Origin: an uncultured delta proteobacterium
GTDB lineage: Bacteria; Myxococcota_A; Polyangia; Polyangiales; Polyangiaceae
Length of the DNA: 64,000 bases
Direction: 5' to 3'
Assembly (NCBI GenBank): GCA_963841435.1
Contig: CAWJCS010000005.1
Coordinates: 352,001 to 416,000, forward strand
Each line of letters begins with the position of its first letter. The stretch's first letter is position 1. The position numbers and the translations under genes were made by a program. Positions 27,326 to 38,164 of the stretch are shown here, in pieces. Under the pieces are notes generated by a model. The model was not told the origin of the DNA. It searched no databases and worked only from the letters and a program-made list of their open reading frames with translations.

Positions 27326-29719
27326 GGCGGCGCGACCCCGGGCAGATCGGAGGTATCGATGTAGGGCGTGGGGCTCGGCGCGGGTGTCGTCGGCGCGCTC
27401 GTGGCCGTGGGCGCGCTCGTGGCCGTGGGCGCGGGCTTGCTCGAGCCGGATTCTTCCTTGCTCGCCGCCGACTCGGCCTTGCTAGCCTCGGCGATGCGTG
27501 CGGCGGCGCGCTGCCCGTAGTCCGTCGAGGGCCCGACCTGCTCGACGACCCTGCGGTAAAGCACGAGCGCGCCTTTGTGATCGCCCGAGTGCCACTTCTG
27601 GTCGGCAAGCGCCATCAAGGCAGGCAGGTAGCTCGGATTCGCGTCGAGCACCTGCGCGTAGAGGCGGCTCGCCGTCGCCGGATCGTTGCGCCGCCGCGCG
27701 ACGTCAGCGAGGCCGGACAGCGCCTCGGTGTTGCCAGGCTGCTCGTTCAGCACGCTCCGGTAGAGCTGGTCGGCGCGCGCGAGGTCGCCCGATTGCACGG
27801 CTTCTGACGCCTGGGCCAGACGCCTTCTGAAGTCGCCAGGCGCAGCCGGCTCCTCGGCCGAGGCACCCGAAGGCTCGGCGGGCTGTGCCTCGGTCGGGGG
27901 CGAAGCGGGGCCCGCGACCGGGCCCGGCTCGGTCACGGCGGCGTCAACACCGCCGTCGAGCGCGGCGCCGAACCTCGCGACGAACGCCGAAAGCTCCTCC
28001 ACGAGCGGGTGAGGGTGCTCGGCGTTCTTCACCTTCGCAAGCTCCGTCGCGGCCTCGACGACGCGGCCCGCGCGAACGAGCGCGTAGATGAGCGTCGCGC
28101 GCGCCCGCCCGAACGTCCTTACCGGACACAGCGGCTGCTCGCAGCCGCTCGATCACCGTGCTCCAGACGGGAGACGCCTCGGCGAGATCGAGCGCCGCGA
28201 GCACGAAAGCGTTGCGCGGATCGGTGGGGTTGGCCGCGATCGGCTGGATCCACTCGCGGGCCTTGGCCTCGTCGCCCGCCATGCGAAGCACGTCCACGCG
28301 CGCCCGGACCACGACCGGATCCTCGGGCGACACCGCGAACGCCGCGTCAACCGCCTGGCGCGCCTTGGCGACGCGCATGCCGAGCTCGCGTTGCGTCGCG
28401 AGCACGAGCTCGGTGGCCCCGGGGTCGAGCAGCCGCAGCTTGAGCCAGTACACGTCGGCCCGCAGCGTTTCGACCTGTGCGAAGCCGGCGAGCACGGCAG
28501 GGTCGCGCTCCACGAGCGCCTGAGCCTTCACGAGCTCCTCGCGAGCCTCGTCGTACCTCGACTGCTCGACGAGCTTGAGCCCTTCACCGAGAAAGCGGGC
28601 GGCGCGTTGATCGCGGGCGCTCGCCTCGGGTTTCGGTGCGTTCGTGAAGCGCGCGAGATACTTGTTGCCGACCGTCGCCGCGAGCAGCCCCGCGACCGCG
28701 AGGAACACGACGCCGGCAATCCAGCGCGAGCGAGCGCGCCGGCCGGCGTCGGGAGGTGGGCCGTAGTTGAGCTCGTCGTAGGAGGGCATGCGCCCGCGAG
28801 GCGTCGAGGGCGGCGGCGCGATTCTCGGCACGGAGCGGGGGGCCCGGCCGACCTCGAGCGTGGCGTCGAATGCGGCGCTCGACGGCGCGGGCCGCTCGCG
28901 GACGGGCTCGGCGGGGCGGCCGGCTGACGGTGTCGTCGCGGGCGCCGGCGGCTCGACGGGCGGCTCCGCTGCGGGCAGCGTGTTGTCGAAGAAAGCCGGT
29001 ACGGTCGGCTGCTCGTCCTTGCTCTCGTAGCGCAGGGTGCCGGTCGAGACGGCGACGGGCCTCGGGCCGCCGGCGGCGCTCCCGATATCGGGCGGGGACG
29101 CCGCGGCGAACGGCTGGTCGGGCGTGCGCTCGGTCGGCGCGAGCGCGCTCGGCACCTCGCTCGACTCGCTGCCCTGCACGAGCACGTGCGGTGCGGAGGT
29201 CTGCTGCTGGAAGCTTTGCGCTTCGGAATCCGTGACGGGCAACGTAAACGACAGGCCGGCGTCCTTTGGGGACGCCTGATGGGGGGCCGGCTGACCCAGG
29301 CCGGCTTGCGTCTTGCCGGCCGATGGGCGCGGCGCGCCGCTCGGGGGTGGTGCGACGCCGTGGATCGTCCGAGGCACGCTCATGAGCCCCCGCGCGACGC
29401 CCGCGGTCGAGGTGAAGAACGGCTCGAGCTCGGGAATGGACCCGAGCGGGCGCGGCGGCTCGGCCCCGCGCGAGAGAAGGTCGCGCGGGCCGACCTTGTG
29501 ATCGCCGATTGCCCGCTGCAGATCGCGGAGCGACGTGTACACGTGCTCCTTGCCCGACGCCGTCCTCACGAGCCAGCGCTCCGGTGAGCTCTTGCGACCC
29601 TCGGGGTAGATCTTGAACTGGAAGCCGCAGTTCGTGCACTGCACGGTGGTTCCCCGATCGGAGATCAACGTGTCGTCGAACTCGTAGTCGGTCCCGCAGC
29701 GCTGACAGCGAACGTCCAT
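27322..29719 (-). CDS. zinc-ribbon plus TPR membrane protein (frameshift at about 28105)
   Basis: MDVRCQRC...VQCTNC, Pro-rich linker, transmembrane segment, TPRs continuing in the 27322-28032 frame. Confidence 0.8.
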
Positions 29720-29876
29720 GCTCGTTGGGGCTCGAGGGACCAAGACGCTAGCACGATGGAGAGAGCAGACGGAGCCATCGAGCAAGGAGAGTCGAGCAAA
29801 ACGCCTTCTCGCCCCATTTGTGCGCACCCTTGCGCCTTGCTACGCTAGGGGTCGGAGCGCTTCGCGCCCCTTGCCC

Positions 29877-30263
29877 ATGTCGCGCTTCGCTTCGACGCTC
29901 ATGGTGGTTTCGGCGCTCGTCGTCGCGGGGTGCCCCGTGTACGGCGGCAGATGCGACGGAGACGCCGACTGCGGCCCCGGCTACTCGTGCCGGGCGCCGG
30001 CGGGCGTGTGCGTAGCGCCGTCCAACCCCGGACCCGAGCGTTGCGCGGCGCCGAGCGACTGCGCCGGGGACGGCACCTGCGACCGTTTCGGACGCTGCCG
30101 CACGGAAAGTTGCCGTGAGGTCGGCTGCATCGAGGGCTTCGTCTGCCATGTCGAGGCCCTCGGCGAGCGCTGCGTCGCAGGCCCGGCGAGCAGCGGCGGC
30201 GCGGCAGGCGAGGCTGGATCCTCCACCAATTCCGGCGCATCGGCCGAGGCCGGACGCGGCTGA
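29877..30263 (+). CDS. small Cys-rich lipoprotein
   Basis: ALVVAGC lipobox; CxxDxDC-type repeats. Confidence 0.75.
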   Translation: MSRFASTLMVVSALVVAGCPVYGGRCDGDADCGPGYSCRAPAGVCVAPSNPGPERCAAPSDCAGDGTCDRFGRCRTESCREVGCIEGFVCHVEALGERCVAGPASSGGAAGEAGSSTNSGASAEAGRG

Positions 30264-30298
30264 GGCGTCGTGCGGTAGACCGCCTCGAGAATCGGCGC

Positions 30299-31000
30299 TT
30301 ACTTAACGACCCTGAGGTAGGGCGGGAGCGCGCGCTTCTTCTTCGACCCCGCGCCGGTCTGGGCGTTGCCGCCCGCGGCACGTGCCTTGGGGACGCGCTC
30401 GGCGACGGCTGGCTGCGCCGCGGCCTGGGGGCGCGGCGCGGTGACCTTCTCCGCTGCTGCGGGCTCGGGGTGCGGCTGCGCGCTCTTCTTTTGCGGGCGA
30501 GCCTTCTTGCTCTCCGCCTTCTTCGACGGCCGCGTCGGACGCGCGGCGCGCGCCTTGGCTCCCGAGCGGGCTTTCGCAGTGCTCGACTTCGCCGCAGCGG
30601 GCGCGTCCTTCTTTTCCTCCGCGGGGGCGGGCACGCGCGAGAGGCGCGGCTCCTGCTGCTTCTGCGCCTGTGCGGCCACCTCGGGCGGCACGTCATCGGG
30701 CCAGACCATGCCGCGGCCCGTCTCACCCACGAGGGCGAACACCGCGCCCCAGGGGATTTTGCACCAGTGCGGCGAACGGTTGAAGCTCAACGTGCACGAC
30801 AGCCCCTGGTCGGAGACCTCGAGGTCCGGAATCGGCACCGGCATGTTGAGGCCGATCTGTAGGACGAGCTGCGGCTGCCGCTTGAACCACGTCGGCACGA
30901 GCACTTCCGAAGGGCGCGGGTCGATGTGAACGAACACCGATGCCTGCTCGAGCAGCGCGAGCGCGACGTCCTTCTTGCGGGGGAGCTGCGTTGGCTGCAT
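30299..31000 (-). CDS. sspB: SspB-like ClpXP adaptor
   Basis: LVLQIGLNMPVPIPDL, TLSFN, IPWGAVFAL; C-terminal PYLRVVK. Confidence 0.8.
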   Translation of the reverse strand: MQPTQLPRKKDVALALLEQASVFVHIDPRPSEVLVPTWFKRQPQLVLQIGLNMPVPIPDLEVSDQGLSCTLSFNRSPHWCKIPWGAVFALVGETGRGMVWPDDVPPEVAAQAQKQQEPRLSRVPAPAEEKKDAPAAAKSSTAKARSGAKARAARPTRPSKKAESKKARPQKKSAQPHPEPAAAEKVTAPRPQAAAQPAVAERVPKARAAGGNAQTGAGSKKKRALPPYLRVVK

Positions 31001-31065
31001 CAGGGTCCATAGCTAATAGCAGTCTCCGGATTTCGCAATCGCGAACTCGGCGACGGCGCTCGGCG

Positions 31066-31551
31066 TTAGTCGTCCTTTGGGCAAAACTTGCGGCGAAGAA
31101 CGCCCGGGCCGTGCTCCGAGATTTCCGCCCAGTCGCCGATGGAAAGCTCGCAGTAAAGGAGCGCCGCCGTCGGCAGCGCCACCCCTTCGCCGGTGAGCCC
31201 GTGCACGAGCGATTCGAGGCCGGGATTGTGGCCGATCACCATGACCGAGCGCGCATCGCCGCCGCGCTCGGCGAGCGCCGCGAGGTACGCTTGCCGCTCG
31301 GCGAGGTAGAGCTCGCGCATGATGTCGATCGGGCCGTCGAAACCCGAGGTCTCCTGCAGTAGCTCCAACGTTTCGCGCGTGCGCGCCGAGCTCGAGCAGA
31401 GCACGCGATCGGGCATCAGGCCCTCGGCGAGCACGATCTCGCCCGCGCGCCGCGCCGCGCGCCGCCCGCGCGACGTGAGCCGGCGCGCGTCGTCGGCAAC
31501 GCCATCGGCATGCTCGGCTTTGGCGTGCCGCAGAACGAGCAGCTTTCTCAC
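31066..31551 (-). CDS. sixA: SixA-like histidine phosphatase
   Basis: LRHAKA, SSSARTRET, IGHNPG. Confidence 0.85.
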   Translation of the reverse strand: MRKLLVLRHAKAEHADGVADDARRLTSRGRRAARRAGEIVLAEGLMPDRVLCSSSARTRETLELLQETSGFDGPIDIMRELYLAERQAYLAALAERGGDARSVMVIGHNPGLESLVHGLTGEGVALPTAALLYCELSIGDWAEISEHGPGVLRRKFCPKDD

Positions 31552-31672
31552 GGGGAGATCATGGCCCACGTGCGGTCGGGCGACAATCGCCGGCGCCCAG
31601 GGCGGGCGGGAAATGCCGACCTGGTTTGCGGCTGCGAGCGCGCGGCGTTAGAAATCACGGCGGACGAGTAGC

Positions 31673-32365
31673 ATGAGCGCAAGAGTGCTGGTGGTGGAGG
31701 ACGAGCCGGCGATTGCCGAGTCGGTGGCGTACGCGCTCCGCCGCGATGGCTACACGGTGACGCTCGCCGCCACGCTCGGTGAAGCGGAGGCGGCCCGCGA
31801 GCAAGCCGACCTCGTGATCCTGGATTTGATGCTGCCGGACGGCAGTGGCTTCGACTGGATTTCCGCGGTGCGGGCCGAAGGGCGCGGCAAGCCCGTGATC
31901 GTGCTGTCGAGCCGCGACGGCGAGGCGGATCGCGTGGCCGCGCTGGAAACGGGCGCCGACGACTACGTGACCAAACCGTTCTCGCCGCGCGAGATCGTCG
32001 CGCGAGTGCGAGCGGTGCTGCGCCGCGCCGCAGGGCCCGGCGCCGCGACACCCACGGCCGCGGCGGGCATTCAGCTCGACCTTCCGGGGCGCCGTGCACG
32101 CGTGGGGATGCAGGCGCTCGAGCTCACGCGCGTGGAGTTCGACCTGCTCGCGTGCTTGCTCGAGGCACCCGAACGCGTGCACACGCGCGCCGAGCTCATC
32201 GACCGCATGTGGGGTGACGGCTTCGCCATCACCGATCGAACCATCGACTCTCACGTGAAGGCGTTGCGTCGCAAGCTCGGTGAAGCGGGCGCGGAGCCGG
32301 GCACGATCGAAACGGTGCGCGGCGTGGGCTACCGGCTCGGCCAGTCGGGGACGGAGAGCGCGTGA
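31673..32365 (+). CDS. OmpR-family response regulator (CreB-like)
   Basis: VVEDE, LDLMLPD, DDYVTKPFS, ETVRGVGY. Confidence 0.92.
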   Translation: MSARVLVVEDEPAIAESVAYALRRDGYTVTLAATLGEAEAAREQADLVILDLMLPDGSGFDWISAVRAEGRGKPVIVLSSRDGEADRVAALETGADDYVTKPFSPREIVARVRAVLRRAAGPGAATPTAAAGIQLDLPGRRARVGMQALELTRVEFDLLACLLEAPERVHTRAELIDRMWGDGFAITDRTIDSHVKALRRKLGEAGAEPGTIETVRGVGYRLGQSGTESA

Positions 32366-33837
32366 TTCGCCTCGTGACGGTCGCCGCCGGGGCGATCCTG
32401 CTGATTTTGTTCGTCGCGTTCGTCGTGTCGCGGCTGCTCCGCACGCGCTCGCGCGGCATGTCGATCCGCATGCAGGTGTTCCTCGCGCTGGCCGTGATCG
32501 TCGGAAGCTTCGCGTTCGGCCTCGGGCTCATGGTGATCGACCGCATCGAGGCGCGCGCCGTGCGCCTCGCGACGCAGGCGGCGGGCGACGAGGCGGCGGC
32601 GATCGCCGGCATCCTCGCAGGCGAGCTCGACCGCACCGGCGGCCAGCTCGGGACCGTCGCGCGGCGGCTCGAGCTCGAGCGGCAGCGCGGCGCGGACCTC
32701 AGGATGGAGCTCGTCGACGACAAGGGCCGGCGCGTTTTCCCGGGCGGCGCGCCCACGCGGGGCGTCGAGGAGCCCGCGAGCGTCAGCGTCGAGGCGCCCA
32801 TCGTCGTCCGAGGCAGGACGCTCGGTGCCGTGCGCGTCATCAAGCCCACCGTCGTCATGCGCGGCCTGCTCGCGGACTTCGCGCCGACCGTGCTCCTCAT
32901 CAGCGTCGTGCTCGGTGCCGCCGCCGCGCTCGCCGCCGCCTGGATCGGGCGCGCCATCGCCGCACCCATCGAGGCGCTCGGCGCCTTCAGCGAGCGCGTG
33001 AGCGAGGGCGACCTCACGGCCGCACCACCACCGGTCCAGGGTCGCGAGCTCATGCATCTTTCGCGGTCGCTCGATTCGATGCGAAGAAAGCTCGAGGGTC
33101 GCCCCTTCGTCGAAGCGTTCGCCGCCGATCTGTCGCACGAGCTGAAAAATCCCGTCGCGGCGATCCGCGCGAGCGCCGAGGTGCTCGAGGAGAGCGCGCT
33201 CGACGAGCCCCACGAGGCGCGGCGCTTCGTCGCGCGCATTCGCGAATCCACGGCGCGCATCGAGCGGTTGCTCGGTGACCTCCTGAGCCTCGCGCGCATC
33301 GAGGCACGCGGCGCCGAGGGCTTCGACCCCGCCGACGTGTCCCGCCTCGCCGAGCGGGCCGTCGAAACCCTGGGAGAAGGCAACGCACGCGTGACGTTCG
33401 ACGGAACGAGTGGCGCCTTCGTGCGAGGGGACGAGACGTGGCTCGGTCGTGCCATCACGAACCTGGTCGACAACGCGCTCGTGCACTCCGAGGCGGGCAC
33501 GCCCGTGCGCGTGGAGGTCCGGCGGGACGGCGACAACGTGCGCGTGCTCGTTCAGAGCGCCGGCAGCGTGCCTCGCGCGATCGTGCCGCGCCTCTTCCGC
33601 CGCTTCGTCACGACGCGCTCGGACCGAGGCGGCACCGGTCTCGGGCTCGCCATCGTGCGGGCCGTCGCCGAAGCTCACGGCGGTCGAGCGGAGCTCACGA
33701 GCGCCGGTCCACCCAAGGTGGAATTTCGGGTGACGTTGCCGTCGGCGTGGCGGAGCGCGGGTGCTGACCTGCTCGACGCCGTCTCCGGCACGCGGCGGAG
33801 CCCGAGCACCGTTCCAACCACTGAAAATGCCCAATGA
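32362..33837 (+). CDS. HAMP sensor histidine kinase (CreC-like)
   Basis: SHELKNP, NLVDNA, GTGLGLAIV; GTGA overlap with the regulator. Confidence 0.92.
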   Translation: MIRLVTVAAGAILLILFVAFVVSRLLRTRSRGMSIRMQVFLALAVIVGSFAFGLGLMVIDRIEARAVRLATQAAGDEAAAIAGILAGELDRTGGQLGTVARRLELERQRGADLRMELVDDKGRRVFPGGAPTRGVEEPASVSVEAPIVVRGRTLGAVRVIKPTVVMRGLLADFAPTVLLISVVLGAAAALAAAWIGRAIAAPIEALGAFSERVSEGDLTAAPPPVQGRELMHLSRSLDSMRRKLEGRPFVEAFAADLSHELKNPVAAIRASAEVLEESALDEPHEARRFVARIRESTARIERLLGDLLSLARIEARGAEGFDPADVSRLAERAVETLGEGNARVTFDGTSGAFVRGDETWLGRAITNLVDNALVHSEAGTPVRVEVRRDGDNVRVLVQSAGSVPRAIVPRLFRRFVTTRSDRGGTGLGLAIVRAVAEAHGGRAELTSAGPPKVEFRVTLPSAWRSAGADLLDAVSGTRRSPSTVPTTENAQ

Positions 33838-33996
33838 TTTCCAAGAACGGGCGTGCGTCCAGGCGTTGACGCCGCGGTGTCATGTCCGCCCGTTCTCCAT
33901 GAAATCTCCACGGTTTACGGGGGCCCTTCGTGAGGCATAGTCACCTTCGGCTTTCCGCCTCGCTCGGAGGGGGCCCTGCCAGAAGGACTTAGCACC

Positions 33997-34770
33997 GTGG
34001 GAACGACCAACGGCAACCGCCTCCCCCAGCACGTCGCGATCATCATGGACGGCAACGGCCGCTGGGCCACGGCGCGCGGGCTGTCACGTGCGCAGGGTCA
34101 CGCCGAGGGAGCCCGCGCCGTGCGCGACGCCGTCGAGACCGCGACGCGCATCGGGATCCCCTACCTGACGCTCTACGCGTTCAGCGTGGCGAACTGGAAT
34201 CGGCCCCGCGCCGAGGTCGAAGCGCTCATGGGGCTGCTCGTCGATTTCGCGAAATCCGAGCGCGCGGAGCTGCGCCAGAACGGCATCCGCGTGAACGTCA
34301 TCGGCTCGATCGAGGATCTGCCGACGATGACACGCCACGCCGTTCAAGACCTCGTGCGCTACACGGCCGAGGGTGATCGCATGACGCTCACGCTCGCGCT
34401 CTCGTACGGCGGTCGGCAGGATCTCGTCGAGGCGGCGCGCGCTCTGGCCGTCAAGGCACGCGCGGGCCTGGTGCTGCCCGAGGAGATCGACGAGGAGGCG
34501 TTGCATCGGCACATGACGACCAACTCGCTTCCCAACGTTGACCTTCTAATCCGAACCGGCGGCGAAACGCGCGTGAGCGACTTCTTGCTGTTCGAGTCGG
34601 CGTACGCCGAGCTCCTGTTCCTTCCCATCATGTGGCCCGACTTCCGGCCGCAGACCCTGCTCGACGCCGTGGCGCACTACGGCACCACGGAGCGGCGCTT
34701 CGGCATGACCTCGGAGCAGGTCTCGGGTCGCTCGGTGCATCCTTTCGATCCGTACGATCAGGCGAGCTGA
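33997..34770 (+). CDS. uppS: polyprenyl (undecaprenyl) diphosphate synthase
   Basis: HVAIIMDGNGRWA, LYAFS..NWNRP, DLLIRTGGE.RVSDFLL. Confidence 0.95.
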   Translation: MGTTNGNRLPQHVAIIMDGNGRWATARGLSRAQGHAEGARAVRDAVETATRIGIPYLTLYAFSVANWNRPRAEVEALMGLLVDFAKSERAELRQNGIRVNVIGSIEDLPTMTRHAVQDLVRYTAEGDRMTLTLALSYGGRQDLVEAARALAVKARAGLVLPEEIDEEALHRHMTTNSLPNVDLLIRTGGETRVSDFLLFESAYAELLFLPIMWPDFRPQTLLDAVAHYGTTERRFGMTSEQVSGRSVHPFDPYDQAS

Positions 34771-34793
34771 GGGGCGGGCTCGTGAGCTTTTCT

Positions 34794-34815
34794 GCCAAGA
34801 CCGAAAGGTCTTGGT
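34794..34815. terminator. hairpin between convergent genes
   Basis: GCCAAGACC-GAAA-GGTCTTGGT; no clear U tract. Confidence 0.5.
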
Positions 34816-34818
34816 GGC

Positions 34819-35358
34819 TCAGAACTGATATTCGACGGTGTTGAGGGCGCGGACCTTGTCCGGCCAGGTGAGCTCGCGGATGCGGCCCTTGATGCATTCC
34901 TCGAGCTTCGGGTTCTTCGGCGTCGAGCTCATGTCGAGACCCACCGCCTTGCCGTTCCAGACGGCGACGGAAAACTTGAAGTGGCCGTTGCCAGGCTTGC
35001 AGGGCTCGTAGAGCGCAAAATCCTGGAGTGGCTTCGCGAGCGCTTCCTGCTCGATGTTCAGGCGCTTGGTGCCGACGGGGACGGCCGCAATGGCCTCCGC
35101 TACGGTGCCGTTCTCCTTGAACTCCGGATCCTTGGGCTCTTCCTTTTCAGGCTTCGGCTCGGCGGCGCCCTCCTCCGCGGCATCGTCGTCGGGAGTTGCT
35201 TCGTCGGGGGCAGGCGCCGGCGGCGCTTCCGCGCTTTCGTCGGCGGATGCCGCGTCTTCGGGCGGGGGCTGAGAGCCTCCGCACGCACCAACGATCAGAG
35301 CAGACAAACCGCTCACGAGCAGCCAAGCCCTCGGCATGGGCGCGACAATAGCTCTCAC
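34819..35358 (-). CDS. hypothetical lipoprotein
   Basis: LIVGAC lipobox, acidic linker, AgmX/TonB-C-like tail. Confidence 0.75.
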   Translation of the reverse strand: MRAIVAPMPRAWLLVSGLSALIVGACGGSQPPPEDAASADESAEAPPAPAPDEATPDDDAAEEGAAEPKPEKEEPKDPEFKENGTVAEAIAAVPVGTKRLNIEQEALAKPLQDFALYEPCKPGNGHFKFSVAVWNGKAVGLDMSSTPKNPKLEECIKGRIRELTWPDKVRALNTVEYQF

Positions 35359-35399
35359 GAGGGGTCGAGTAAAGACGACTGCGCGGGTAGCATCGAGTC

Positions 35400-36296
35400 A
35401 TGGTGCACCATCCGGAACCACCCACCGTGGGCTTCATTGGGCTTGGCGTCATGGGCGGCAGCATGGCCGGGCACGTGGTCGCCGCCGGCTACCCGCTCGT
35501 GGTCTACGCGCGCCGTCCCGAGCAGGCCGAGCCGCTGGTCCAGAAAGGGGCGGTGCGCGCGGCGTCCCCCGCCGAGGTCGCGCGCCGCTCGAGCGTGACG
35601 CTCACGATCGTCGGCTACCCCGCCAACGTCGAAAGCCTGTACTTCGGGACAGGGGGTTTGCTCGAAAATGGCGCACCCGACGCACTTTTCGTCGATCTGA
35701 CGACGTCGAGCCCGGCGCTCGCCGTTCGCATCGCCGCGACGGCTCGGACGCTCGGAAAGCACGCGCTCGACGCACCCGTTTCGGGAGGCGACGTCGGAGC
35801 GCGCGCCGGGACCTTGTCGGTCATGGTGGGGGGCGACGCCTCCGACCTGGAGCGCGCCCGGCCGATCCTCGAGTGCTTCGGCAAGACCATCGTGCACCAG
35901 GGCGCCGCGGGCTCGGGTCAGCACGCCAAGCTCGCCAACCAGATTGCAATCGCGGGCACGATGCTCGGCTTGTGCGAAGCGCTCGGCTACGCGGAGCGCG
36001 CGGGGCTCGATCTCGAGCGGCTCCTCGCGAGCATCTCCGAAGGCGCCGCCGCGAGCTCCGCCATGAAGAACCTGGCCCCACGCATGCTCGCCGGTGACGA
36101 CCGGCCAGGGTTTTACGTCAAACACTTCTTGAAGGACCTCGCTCTCGCGCGCGACGAAGCCGACACGCGCCTCGCGTTCGACGCACCCGGACTGCGGCTC
36201 GCGCTCGCGCGCTACGAAGAGCTCGCGCGCCGAGGCCACGGCGACCACGGCACGCAGTCGCTCTTCCGGCTCTACTCCGGCGAGAAATCCGGATAG
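35400..36296 (+). CDS. NAD(P)-dependent 3-hydroxyisobutyrate/tartronate-semialdehyde reductase family protein
   Basis: GFIGLGVMG, DAPVSGG, KLANQ, FLKDL. Confidence 0.9.
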   Translation: MVHHPEPPTVGFIGLGVMGGSMAGHVVAAGYPLVVYARRPEQAEPLVQKGAVRAASPAEVARRSSVTLTIVGYPANVESLYFGTGGLLENGAPDALFVDLTTSSPALAVRIAATARTLGKHALDAPVSGGDVGARAGTLSVMVGGDASDLERARPILECFGKTIVHQGAAGSGQHAKLANQIAIAGTMLGLCEALGYAERAGLDLERLLASISEGAAASSAMKNLAPRMLAGDDRPGFYVKHFLKDLALARDEADTRLAFDAPGLRLALARYEELARRGHGDHGTQSLFRLYSGEKSG

Positions 36297-37021
36297 TAGC
36301 GAGCGAGCTCGGCGAGCGTCTCGTCGAGCTCGAGCTGGCCGGGGGCCGTCGCGCGGCCGAGCGACACGAAGGAAAACAGCGAGCCTAACGCAGGAAAGAG
36401 CACGCGTGTCTTCTTGCCGTGCGGGCCCATGCCGATCACGACGAGCCGCTCACCCGGATGCCGCGCGAACAGGGCGGCGAGGCGCGCGCAGGCCTCGTCG
36501 TCGGGAAGCTCGACGGCGATCTTCGTGATGTCGGCGCCTGCGCGATGGCTACGCCGCACGATGCGGTCGAGGGCGCCGGCGCTCGGCGTCGCGGCGAAAT
36601 CGTGGTGCGAAAGCACGACGGGGCGGCGGGCGCGGCGAGCGGCACGCACCACCTCGGCACGGATCGGCGCGTCGAGCTCGACATCGACGGCGGCGGCGAG
36701 CGGCAAGAGCGCCCGGTAGACCGCCAGACGCTCCTGTTCGTCGCCGGCGAAATGGCCGCCCTGCTCGCTCCAGCGCGGCGTGACGAGCACGGGCAGCACG
36801 GTGCCGGCACGCTGGAGCACGTTCGCGACGTTTCGCGTGTCGCTATCGTCGAACAGATCGACGCGCGCCTCGAGCAACGCGAGGCCGCGCGCCCGAGCCT
36901 TGCGAAGCACCGAAAGCGGCGTGCGATCCGTGAACGGCGCGATCAACGTCGGCTCGAACGGTCGCAACGTGACGCTGCCGATGCTGACGGGCCTCCTCGC
37001 CATCCTGCTCACGATTAGCAC
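36272..37021 (-). CDS. aroD: type I 3-dehydroquinate dehydratase
   Basis: EARVD, VDVEL, SHHDFAATP, KIAV, IGMG..G..TR, TAPGQ. Confidence 0.88.
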   Translation of the reverse strand: MLIVSRMARRPVSIGSVTLRPFEPTLIAPFTDRTPLSVLRKARARGLALLEARVDLFDDSDTRNVANVLQRAGTVLPVLVTPRWSEQGGHFAGDEQERLAVYRALLPLAAAVDVELDAPIRAEVVRAARRARRPVVLSHHDFAATPSAGALDRIVRRSHRAGADITKIAVELPDDEACARLAALFARHPGERLVVIGMGPHGKKTRVLFPALGSLFSFVSLGRATAPGQLELDETLAELARYYPDFSPE

Positions 37022-37055
37022 AGACGCCGTCCGGCGCGCTCGGGGTCCCGCGCGC

Positions 37056-38021
37056 TCAGGGTCCGGCGAGCACGCCGACCAGTCGGTCGATGGCGCGCGG
37101 CAACCGGGCGTCGGCGGCGATGAGCTCGATCGGATCGTGGTCGAGCTCGCGACGGATGTCGCGCGAGCGGCCGAACATGGCGAGAAACAGCCGCGCCGTG
37201 TCGTAGCGAAACTCGGGGCTCATCACCATCAGGCCGTTGAGCGCCGAGCGGAGCTTTTCGGCGGTCGGACGGCCGAGCCCGCCGAGCCGAGCCGCCCCGC
37301 AGAGCCTCTCGAAACGCTTGCGGTCGAGCCTGTTGACGAGAAAATTGTTGTAGAGGAACGCGAGGAGCGCGGCGCGACACACGGGCTCGAAGCCGAGGCG
37401 CTCGATGAGCTCCCCCACGGCCTTTTTCTTCGGAGTGCGACGCCGGTAGGAGCTGATCGAGAAGAGCCAGGCGTGGAGCGTGCCGCTCACCGCGCAGCCG
37501 GCGAAGTACTCGGCCGTCATGGCGAACGCCTCGCCGAGCACGATGCGCGCGAGCGCCGAGGGATCGCGCAAGGCGTGAGCCACGCTCGCGGGACGGCCGA
37601 AGAGCTCGCGGAACGCGACGGCGTGCGCCGACTCGTGCAAGAGGTAGCTCGGAGCGGGGCGATTGCCGCGCAGGTCCGAGAGCCGAAAAAATCCGGGGCG
37701 AGCGTCTTCGAGGTGGCAGAGGGCGACGAAGCTCGGCCGGTAGGGGATGCGCCGCGTCTCGAGGACGGTATCGAGGTGGATCAGCGGGAAGCCGAGGTAC
37801 CCATGCGGGTCGTCGAGCGAGTAGCGGAAACCCGCTCGGAGCGCCGCGTCGCGCACGCGCCGGAAGTAGGGATTTTCGAGGTACAAGAAGCCGTCGCCGA
37901 CGCAGTCGAGCAGCCGTCCTTTGCCGTGACAGCGGCGCTGCAATAAAATCAGCTCGGCGAGGCGAATGGCTGCATTTCTAGCATCGCGCGCCTCCGTCGG
38001 GTCGGCGGAGCGCCGGAGCAT
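37056..38021 (-). CDS. hypothetical protein with an HExxH motif
   Basis: LLHESAHAV followed by GEAFA; no signal peptide. Confidence 0.65.
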   Translation of the reverse strand: MLRRSADPTEARDARNAAIRLAELILLQRRCHGKGRLLDCVGDGFLYLENPYFRRVRDAALRAGFRYSLDDPHGYLGFPLIHLDTVLETRRIPYRPSFVALCHLEDARPGFFRLSDLRGNRPAPSYLLHESAHAVAFRELFGRPASVAHALRDPSALARIVLGEAFAMTAEYFAGCAVSGTLHAWLFSISSYRRRTPKKKAVGELIERLGFEPVCRAALLAFLYNNFLVNRLDRKRFERLCGAARLGGLGRPTAEKLRSALNGLMVMSPEFRYDTARLFLAMFGRSRDIRRELDHDPIELIAADARLPRAIDRLVGVLAGP

Positions 38022-38164
38022 GATGCGGGCAGGGCGCGAACGGGCGGCCCGCGGCGGCGCATCCCCGTTGGCAGCGTTCGCGTGAAGCGGCGTTCACGGG
38101 CGGGGTCGAGACGCAGGGATTTCCGCGGCCCAGGGCTTGGTACGGCTCGTGCTGTGACCAGGGC

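Noticed and set aside
27392-27433. 18-bp tandem repeat
   Set aside because: Encodes a low-complexity TATSAP linker; ordinary
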